Origin: Acidimicrobiales bacterium
GTDB lineage: Bacteria; Actinomycetota; Acidimicrobiia; Acidimicrobiales; RAAP-2
Length of the DNA: 32,158 bases
Direction of reading: 5' to 3'
Assembly: GCA_017883125.1 (NCBI GenBank)
Contig: JADGOD010000008.1
Span: 1 to 32,158, forward strand
Both the position numbers and the translations under genes were made by a program. Positions 25,676 to 32,158 of the stretch are shown here, one piece after another. The notes under the pieces were generated by a model. That model made no database searches. It had not been told where the DNA came from and saw only the letters and a list, made by a program, of their open reading frames with translations. Position 1 is the first letter of the stretch; the number at the start of each line of letters is the position of its first letter.

Positions 25676-28405
25676 ATGCCATTCGTCTTTGACTTCGACC
25701 ACTCGCACCGTCGTGCCCCGATGGAGCTCAAGGATCTCCTTGGCGGCAAGGGCGCAAACCTGGCCGAGATGACCTCAGTGCTCAAGCTTCCCGTGCCTCC
25801 GGGCTTCACGATCACGACTGACGCTTGCCAGGCCTACATGCTCGGCGGGTGGCCCAAGGATCTCGACAAGCAGATGAACGCGGCCCGGAACCGCCTCGAG
25901 CGGGCGATGGGCAAGAAGCTCGGAGACGCCGCAGACCCGCTCCTCGTCTCGGTGCGATCGGGCGCGAAGTTCTCGATGCCCGGGATGATGGACACCGTCT
26001 TGAACCTCGGCCTCAACGACAAGTCAGTGGCCGGTCTCGCTGACCAGACTCGCGACGAGCGCTTCGCATATGACTCCTACCGCCGCTTCGTCGCCATGTA
26101 CGGACGCATCGTGCTCGACTGCCCGGGCGAGCCGTTCGATGAGAAGTTCAACGAGGCCAAGGCCAAGGCCGGCACGACGTCGGACGCTCAGGTCCCAGTG
26201 GCAATCCTGAAGGACCTCGTCGAGGAATACAAGGCTCTCGTCAAGACCTACACCGGGAAGCCCTTCCCGCAGGACCCGACAGCCCAGCTACGTGGCGCCG
26301 TCGAGGCCGTGTTCAGGAGCTGGAACGGCCCTCGTGCATTGGCGTATCGCGATCGCGAGCGGATCCCTCACGATCTCGGCACGGCGGTCAACGTCCAGGC
26401 CATGGTCTTTGGAAACCGGGACAACAACTCGGGCACCGGCGTGGGGTTCACCCGTAACCCGGCAACCGGGGAGAACAAGCCCTACGGAGACTTCCTCGTC
26501 AACGCACAGGGCGAAGACGTCGTCGCCGGTATCCGCAACACCGAGCCGCTGACTGCGCTCAAGCGGAAGTTCCCGACGCTCCACGCCGAGCTGATCGCCA
26601 TCTTCGGTCGCCTCGAGCACCACTACCGGGACATGTGCGACACCGAGTTCACCATCGATCAGGGCAAGCTCTGGATGCTCCAGACGCGCGTCGGCAAGCG
26701 CACCGGACGTGCGGCGCTGCGGATGGCCGTGGAGATGACGACCGAGCGTTCAATCCGGCTGACGAAGCCTGAGGCCGTCCAGCGGATCACCGAAGACCAC
26801 CTCTCTCAGGTTCTGCACCCGCAGTTCAAGGGCGGAGGTCAGACCGTCCTGGCCAAGGGCCTTGGCGCGTCGCCGGGTGCTGCGGTCGGTCAGGTGTACT
26901 TCACCGCCGATGATGCCGCCGCCGCCGCCGAGCGGGGAGAGGCTGTCATCCTGGTTCGGTCCGAGACGTCGCCTGAAGACGTCCACGGCATGCTCGCCGC
27001 CGAGGGAATCCTCACCTCCCGTGGCGGTCTCGTGAGCCACGCCGCCGTCGTCGCACGCGGCTGGGGAAAGCCGGCAGTGGTCGGTGCGGAGGCTGTCAAG
27101 ATCTCCGGACAGAAGTTCAACGTCGGTGATGTCACTGTCCACGAGGGCGACTGGATCTCCCTCGACGGCACCGCAGGCGCCGTCGTGGTCGGCAAGGTCG
27201 AGCTGGCCTCGGCCAAGCCGCCCAAGGAGTTCGAGGTGCTGCTCGGCTGGGCCGATCGGATCCGCAAGGGCCATCTCACCGTGCGGGCGAACGCCGACAA
27301 TGGTCCTGATGCCATCAACGCCCGGACGATGGGCGCAGAGGGAATCGGCCTGTGCCGGACCGAGCACATGTTCCTCGGAGAGGACCGGCTCCCGGTCGTC
27401 CGGCGGATGATCCTGGCGTCGACGGAGGCTGAGGAGACCGCTGCCCTCGAGCAGCTCCGCCAGGTCCAGCGTGAGGACTTCCTCGAGATCCTCGCCGCCA
27501 TGGACGGACTTCCCGTGACGATCCGGCTTCTTGACCCGCCTCTCCACGAGTTCCTTCCCTCCACCCATGAGATGGCGGTCAAGGAGGCGACGACGGGCCT
27601 CACCGCAGGGGAGCGCCAGCTCTTCGAGGCGGCCAAGGATTGGGAAGAGGCCAACCCGATGCTCGGCACCCGTGGTGTGCGTCTCGGTGTCGTGAAGCCT
27701 GGCCTCTACGCCATGCAGGTGCGTGCATTGATGGAGGCGGCTCAAGAGCTCGTGGCCAAGGGTGGTCACCCGATCGTCGAGATCATGATCCCGCTGACGG
27801 TCACGCGTGAAGAGCTTGCTCTGGCCCGGAGCTGGGTCGAAGGCGCCATCAAGGAAGTGGCTGGGACTACTTCCCGAGCGAAGGGCGCCAAGCGTGGATC
27901 GCTGAAGGTCCTTATCGGCACCATGATCGAGACGCCGCGAGCGGCTCTGGTCGCCGACCAGATCGCCGAAGTCGCTGACTTCTTCTCGTTCGGGACCAAC
28001 GACCTGACCCAGATGACGTTCGGGTTCAGCCGCGACGACATCGAAGGCCGCATCATGGGCCCCTACCTCGAGCTGGGCCTTCTCAAGCGGAACCCGTTTG
28101 AGGTCGTGGACCCCGACGGCGTCGGCGCTCTCGTTCGCATGGGCGTCGCCAAGGGCCGTGCGACTCGTCCGGGTCTCAAGACCGGTGTCTGTGGCGAGCA
28201 CGGAGGCGATCCTGAGTCCATCAACACCTTCTATGAAGCTGGCATCGACTACGTGAGCTGCTCGCCGTTCCGGGTGCCTGTTGCCCGCCTCGCGGCGGCC
28301 CAGGCGGTTCTCAACCACGCACCGACGCCGGCCAAGAAGACCGTCGCCAAGAAGGCTCCGGCCAAGAAGACCGTCGCCAAGAAGGCACCGGCTCGAAAGG
28401 CATAG
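25676..28405 (+). CDS. ppdK: Pyruvate, phosphate dikinase
   Basis: LLGGKGANLAEM, PLLVSVRSGAKFSMPGMMDTVLNLG, phospho-His motif GGLVSHAAVVARG, GIGLCRTEHMF, FSFGTNDLTQ, GVCGEHGGDP. ATG 25676 with a purine-rich RBS; TAGTCT -10 at 25632-25637. Confidence 0.97.
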   Translation: MPFVFDFDHSHRRAPMELKDLLGGKGANLAEMTSVLKLPVPPGFTITTDACQAYMLGGWPKDLDKQMNAARNRLERAMGKKLGDAADPLLVSVRSGAKFSMPGMMDTVLNLGLNDKSVAGLADQTRDERFAYDSYRRFVAMYGRIVLDCPGEPFDEKFNEAKAKAGTTSDAQVPVAILKDLVEEYKALVKTYTGKPFPQDPTAQLRGAVEAVFRSWNGPRALAYRDRERIPHDLGTAVNVQAMVFGNRDNNSGTGVGFTRNPATGENKPYGDFLVNAQGEDVVAGIRNTEPLTALKRKFPTLHAELIAIFGRLEHHYRDMCDTEFTIDQGKLWMLQTRVGKRTGRAALRMAVEMTTERSIRLTKPEAVQRITEDHLSQVLHPQFKGGGQTVLAKGLGASPGAAVGQVYFTADDAAAAAERGEAVILVRSETSPEDVHGMLAAEGILTSRGGLVSHAAVVARGWGKPAVVGAEAVKISGQKFNVGDVTVHEGDWISLDGTAGAVVVGKVELASAKPPKEFEVLLGWADRIRKGHLTVRANADNGPDAINARTMGAEGIGLCRTEHMFLGEDRLPVVRRMILASTEAEETAALEQLRQVQREDFLEILAAMDGLPVTIRLLDPPLHEFLPSTHEMAVKEATTGLTAGERQLFEAAKDWEEANPMLGTRGVRLGVVKPGLYAMQVRALMEAAQELVAKGGHPIVEIMIPLTVTREELALARSWVEGAIKEVAGTTSRAKGAKRGSLKVLIGTMIETPRAALVADQIAEVADFFSFGTNDLTQMTFGFSRDDIEGRIMGPYLELGLLKRNPFEVVDPDGVGALVRMGVAKGRATRPGLKTGVCGEHGGDPESINTFYEAGIDYVSCSPFRVPVARLAAAQAVLNHAPTPAKKTVAKKAPAKKTVAKKAPARKA
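28328..28392 (+). repeat. 30-bp tandem repeat (2 copies plus partial) encoding PAKKTVAKKA at the PpdK C-terminus
   Basis: CCGGCCAAGAAGACCGTCGCCAAGAAGGC(T/A) at 28328-28357 and 28358-28387, followed by CCGGC. Confidence 0.9.
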
Positions 28406-28489
28406 GCCGCCCCGGCATCACGCTGATCTCGCCAGGGCTCTCTGGAGCCTCGGCGCGCCTCGGCGTCTTGTCGCGGTACCGTTCCACTC

Positions 28490-30358
28490 GTGGCAGTCCC
28501 AGCAGAGGAGATCGCCCAGGTTCGGGGGGCAACCGACATCGTCGGGCTGATCAGCGAACAGGTCGCGCTCAAGAAGACAGGAAGGCGATGGAGCGGACTC
28601 TGCCCCTTCCACTCTGAGAAGTCGCCGTCATTCAGCGTGAACGCGGAAGAGGGCCTCTACTACTGCTTCGGCTGTCAGAAGTCGGGTGATGCGATCACGT
28701 TCGTCCGAGAGACCCAGGGTCTCGACTTCATCGACGCCGTCCGCCTCTTGGCTGACCGTGCGGGAATCACCCTTCATGAAGATGAAGGAGGCCCGGACCG
28801 CCGGGATCGAGCGTTGCTGCTCGACGCCATGGAGCGAGCCGTCGAGTTCTACCACCAGAGGCTTCTGACGTCGCCAGACGGGGGAGCGGCGCGCATCTAC
28901 CTGCGCTCACGGGGATACGACGGCGAGCTCGTTCGCCAGTTCAGACTCGGCTGGGCACCAGACGACTGGGATCAGCTCGCACGGCACCTGGGCGTTCCCG
29001 AGCGCATCCTCGAAGGGGCGGGACTTGGATTCACCAACCGGAGGGGGCGTCCCCAGGACTTCCTGCGTGCACGTGTGGTCTTCCCGATCTGTGACTCCTC
29101 GGGACACCCGATCGCAATGGGAGGAAGAATCCTTCCCCCCGTTCCAGGCCAGCCGCTTCCGGACCGGCCCCAACCGAAGTACAAGAACTCTCCGGAGACG
29201 GAGATCTACTCCAAGCGACGCACGCTCTACGGGCTGAACTGGGCCAAGAAGCAGATTGTCGAGACCGGCGAGATCATCGTCTGCGAGGGGTACACCGACG
29301 TCATCGCCTTCTTCCAGGCGGGGCTGCCGAGGGCGGTCGCAACATGTGGGACGGCGCTCGGTGAGGAGCACTTCTCCTTGATGCGGAACTTCGCCAAGCG
29401 GATCGTGCTCGCCTACGATGCCGACGCTGCAGGCCAGAGCGCCACGGGTCGGGTCTACGAGTGGGAGCGCAAGCACGAGGTTGACGTGGCTGTCGTCGAG
29501 CTCCCGATGGGAACCGATCCGGCCGAGCTGGGTCGGTCGGACCCAGAGGCACTCCGGGAAGCGGTGAAGAACGCGAAGCCATTCTTGAAGTTCCGCGTCG
29601 ACCGGGCCCTGTCGCTCGGGGACATGAGCACGGCCGAAGGCCGGGCACGGGCAGCAGAAGAGGCGCTCGCTGTCGTCGCTGAGCACCCGAACCCGCTCGT
29701 GCGGGATCAGTATCTCGTCTCCGTGGCTGATCGCTGCCACCTCGATCCCCAGCTGGTTCGGGACCGGCTGGCCCAGCATGTGGCCGGCGAGCGACCGCGG
29801 TCCCCGGAGCGAAGCAGGAGCCGCCCCGAAGACATGCCCCCACCGCTCGACGACGACGAGGGTCCGCCCGAAGACATGGACCTCGCTGCGCCGGCGGAGG
29901 TGGCCGACCGTCCTGGTCTTGAGGCTCTTCGGTTCGCGGTGCACCGACCAGAGCTCGTCGCCAACCGTCTCGAGCCGTTCCTCTTCCGCAACCGTGACCA
30001 GCGAAGCGCCTTCGAGGCCCTCTTGGCGGCGACGAGCCTTGCTGAGGCGATCGAGAACGCCCCGGCAGCCGCGTCTGCGCTGCTTCGGAGGGTGGCGGTC
30101 GAAGAACCCCTCATCGCACCGACCACCACCGCCGACCCGGTTGCTCCCGTGATCGCTCAGCTCCTCAGGGCGGCCGTCCGCCAGGGAATCGCAGACCTTC
30201 AGGCCGAATTGCGGCAGAAGACGGTAGCGGTCTCAGAAGGGACCCTCCAGGTCACCCAAGTCCACGCCTGGCTCGAGGCGCTGGACGATCCGGGGGAGGG
30301 ACCCATGGCGGAGCGGGCGTTGGTAGGTTGGCTCTCTGGGCGGAGGGGAGCATCATGA
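28490..30358 (+). CDS. dnaG: DNA primase
   Basis: Zn finger GLCPFH..EKSPSF..YYCFGC, PKYKNSPET, TOPRIM EGYTDV, GTALG, YDADAAG. TACCGT -10 7 nt upstream of the GTG. Confidence 0.96.
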   Translation: MAVPAEEIAQVRGATDIVGLISEQVALKKTGRRWSGLCPFHSEKSPSFSVNAEEGLYYCFGCQKSGDAITFVRETQGLDFIDAVRLLADRAGITLHEDEGGPDRRDRALLLDAMERAVEFYHQRLLTSPDGGAARIYLRSRGYDGELVRQFRLGWAPDDWDQLARHLGVPERILEGAGLGFTNRRGRPQDFLRARVVFPICDSSGHPIAMGGRILPPVPGQPLPDRPQPKYKNSPETEIYSKRRTLYGLNWAKKQIVETGEIIVCEGYTDVIAFFQAGLPRAVATCGTALGEEHFSLMRNFAKRIVLAYDADAAGQSATGRVYEWERKHEVDVAVVELPMGTDPAELGRSDPEALREAVKNAKPFLKFRVDRALSLGDMSTAEGRARAAEEALAVVAEHPNPLVRDQYLVSVADRCHLDPQLVRDRLAQHVAGERPRSPERSRSRPEDMPPPLDDDEGPPEDMDLAAPAEVADRPGLEALRFAVHRPELVANRLEPFLFRNRDQRSAFEALLAATSLAEAIENAPAAASALLRRVAVEEPLIAPTTTADPVAPVIAQLLRAAVRQGIADLQAELRQKTVAVSEGTLQVTQVHAWLEALDDPGEGPMAERALVGWLSGRRGAS

Positions 30359-31635
30359 CGCTGGAGGCTGGAGGGCGAGTTGAGCCGACCGCAGCTCCGA
30401 TCGGCGTCGTGCTCGGTGACGATGTCGAGCGCGAGCTGCACCGTCTCATACGATCGATCCCTCACGGCGGAGAGGTCACCCAGGGCAACTTGATCGAGAT
30501 GATCCGTCACACTGAGCTCTCCGAGCCGCTGATCGCAGAGCTGGTCCGTCGAATCAAGGAGGCAGGCCTCGTCTTCGTCGAAGACGCCAAGAGCGAAGCC
30601 TCCGCTCGTCACGACGAGGAAGCAAAGACGCGCCGACCGAGCCGCGAGTTGGATCGTCGGACCTCGGGACGCCGGACAGCCTCGTCATCTGACGACGCCA
30701 TCCAGGCGTATCTCTCCGAGATCGGGCACGTCCCGCTCTTGGACGGAACCGAGGAGTTCGACCTGGCAACGACGTACGAGGCGGGCCAGGCGGCGGCAGA
30801 ACGTCTCGCTCGTCACGAGGCGGCGGTCGCCGGTGACGGGCCCGCCTCCGATGCGGTGAGTGCTCGACAGGTCAGGAACCTCCGTCAGCTGATGCGTCAG
30901 GGTGATGCCGCGAAGGACCGGCTGATCGAAGCGAACCTCCGTCTGGTGGTCTCCATCGCGAAGCGGCATCGGAACCGGGGAGTGGCGTTCCTCGACCTCA
31001 TCCAGGAGGGGAACCTGGGGCTCATGCGGGCGGTCGAGAAGTTCGACCCGCACAAGGGCTTCAAGTTCTCCACCTACGCCACCTGGTGGATCCGTCAGGC
31101 GATCACCCGGGCCATCGCGGATCAGGCTCGCACGATCCGGATCCCGGTCCATCTGGTCGAGACGATCAACACCGTCGTGGCCACGCAGCGTCAGATGACC
31201 CAGGATCTCTGCCGGGAGGTCGGGCCTGACGAGATCGCTGCTCATCTCGGTATGGAGCCCGACAAGGTCAGAGAGCTCCTACGGCTCAATCAAGACACGA
31301 TCTCCCTGGAGCAGCCGATGGGGGACGATGACGACTTCATGCTCTCGGACACGATCCAAGACCATGGAATGGCCTCTCCCGACGCCACCGCGGCGAAGCA
31401 CCTTCTCCACGACGCCATCCGCGAGGTGCTTGGGCAGCTCGATGAACGTGAGCGTGAGGTGGTGAGCCTCCGATTCGGGCTCGAGGACGGCAAGGTGGCG
31501 ACCCTCTACGAGGTGGGTCGCCACTTCGGCATCACCCGTGAGCGAGTCCGCCAGATCGAGGTTAAGACGATCGCCAAGCTCCGACGACCGGAGCGATCGA
31601 TCCAGCTTCGCGGCTTCCTCGACGGCGAAGAGTAG
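30355..31635 (+). CDS. rpoD: RNA polymerase sigma-70 factor, RpoD/SigA family (group 1/2)
   Basis: YLSEIG, LIEANLRLVVSIAK, LDLIQEGNLGLMRAVEKFD, KFSTYATWWIRQAITRAIADQARTIRIPVH, TRERVRQIE. ATGA overlap with dnaG and GGAGGGGAG RBS. The family call is secure; primary-sigma status is inferred from the dnaG linkage. Confidence 0.88.
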   Translation: MTLEAGGRVEPTAAPIGVVLGDDVERELHRLIRSIPHGGEVTQGNLIEMIRHTELSEPLIAELVRRIKEAGLVFVEDAKSEASARHDEEAKTRRPSRELDRRTSGRRTASSSDDAIQAYLSEIGHVPLLDGTEEFDLATTYEAGQAAAERLARHEAAVAGDGPASDAVSARQVRNLRQLMRQGDAAKDRLIEANLRLVVSIAKRHRNRGVAFLDLIQEGNLGLMRAVEKFDPHKGFKFSTYATWWIRQAITRAIADQARTIRIPVHLVETINTVVATQRQMTQDLCREVGPDEIAAHLGMEPDKVRELLRLNQDTISLEQPMGDDDDFMLSDTIQDHGMASPDATAAKHLLHDAIREVLGQLDEREREVVSLRFGLEDGKVATLYEVGRHFGITRERVRQIEVKTIAKLRRPERSIQLRGFLDGEE

Positions 31636-31671
31636 GAACGGGCCCCTTCGACGGGGGGGTCGAGATGGGGC

Positions 31672-31680
31672 TGCTAACGT
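31672..31680 (+). promoter_or_regulatory. Putative extended -10 (TGCTAACGT) for tRNA-Asn
   Basis: TGnTANNNT 19 nt upstream of the tRNA 5' end. Confidence 0.5.
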
Positions 31681-31699
31681 CCCTTCCGGTTCCGATTGA

Positions 31700-31771
31700 T
31701 CCGGGGTAGCTCAATGGCAGAGCACGCGACTGTTAATCGTGTGGTTGAGAGTTCGAGTCTCTCCCCCGGAG
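31700..31771 (+). tRNA. tRNA-Asn (anticodon GTT), CCA not encoded
   Basis: TCCGGGG TA GCTC AATGGCA GAGC A CGCGA CTGTTAA TCGTG TGGTT GAGAG TTCGAGT CTCTC CCCCGGA G cloverleaf. Confidence 0.96.
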
Positions 31772-32131
31772 CTCATCTGCAGGAGTGAGAGTCTCACCCG
31801 GCGCTTCGTCGGGGGACAGCGCCAGGAAGCCCACCTCGCCGAGAGAGGCTCCTTGGGCGCTCCGAGGTGCATGCCGACCTCTTCCCGCGGGACGACCCTT
31901 GGTCACGACGACCAGCAGCCCTCCCAGGACCAAGAGGACCACGGCAACGACGATCAGGGGCCCGATGGCAGTCCCCGCAGCGGTTGCGGTCTCGCTGCTG
32001 CCGGGAGAAGGGGCCGCAGCGGCCGCCGAGGCGACGAACGTGGCTCCAGTGGCGCCGAGAGCAACGCCCGACCAGGCGCGGGCGGCGCCCGGGATGACGG
32101 ACGAGATGCGACGTCGGGGCGATGTCTTCAT
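31733..32131 (-). CDS. Hypothetical exported/membrane-anchored protein
   Basis: AGGGAG RBS before the ATG; basic N-terminus plus Ala-rich signal-like segment; strong TM helix (IGPLIVVAVVLLVLGGLLVVV) followed by a basic tail. The last 13 codons overlap tRNA-Asn antisense. Confidence 0.5.
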   Translation of the reverse strand: MKTSPRRRISSVIPGAARAWSGVALGATGATFVASAAAAAPSPGSSETATAAGTAIGPLIVVAVVLLVLGGLLVVVTKGRPAGRGRHAPRSAQGASLGEVGFLALSPDEAPGETLTPADELRGRDSNSQPHD

Positions 32132-32158
32132 GAGCTCCCTTTGGGGCTGGGCGAGGTA

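Noticed and set aside
28328..28392. 30-bp direct repeat as a CRISPR mini-array
   Set aside because: Copies are directly adjacent with no spacer, in frame within ppdK and encode a Lys/Ala tail.
28436..28449. Hairpin GGCTC-TCTG-GAGCC after ppdK, and the G/C run at about 31640-31662 after the sigma gene, as terminators
   Set aside because: Stems are short or imperfect with no U-tract; insufficient support.
97..30612. Many long antisense or alternate-frame ORFs (e.g. 97-1599, 5284-6846, 11174-12436, 14969-16363, 20864-22192, 22024-23694, 26750-28318)
   Set aside because: Shadow ORFs expected from high-GC codon bias; they overlap well-supported genes and show no recognisable motifs.
31755..31805. 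GAGTCTC..CCCGG.GCT resemblance between the tRNA-Asn 3' end and the sequence about 34 nt downstream (possible att relic), including the hairpin GTGAG-AGT-CTCAC
   Set aside because: Only 7 contiguous identical bases plus a gapped match, and no integrase in the window; compatible with chance.

Overview
High-GC actinobacterial core-chromosome segment; gene content and motifs suggest Acidimicrobiia or similar (inference). It runs from tRNA-Ala(GGC) to tRNA-Asn(GTT). Gene order: leuS, YgjP/DUF45 metalloprotease, (PAC2, APH-like kinase on -), CnoX/YbbN thioredoxin, FolP2-like DHPS, holA, (rpsT on -), lepA, CIRCE, hrcA-dnaJ-rsmE-HIT-phoH-ybeY-CNNM/hemolysin-era, (dinG on -), uppS, small membrane protein, recO, photolyase remnant, hemW, glyQS, (DrrAB-type ABC pair on -), ppdK, dnaG, sigma-70, tRNA-Asn, and an antisense-overlapping membrane ORF. 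I see no mobile element, CRISPR array, defence island or clearly new multi-gene system. The most interesting points are small-scale: (1) a 56-codon ORF missing from the ORF track that looks like a DNA photolyase collapsed to its N- and C-termini and still coupled to hemW; (2) a PPDK with Val at the regulatory Thr and a tandem-repeat histone-like PAKK tail; (3) a FolP2-type DHPS in the slot usually held by comEA/comEC; (4) leaderless promoters at most operon heads; (5) a sigma-70 with divergent regions 1.2 and 4.2; (6) a probable sequencing-error cluster in phoH.
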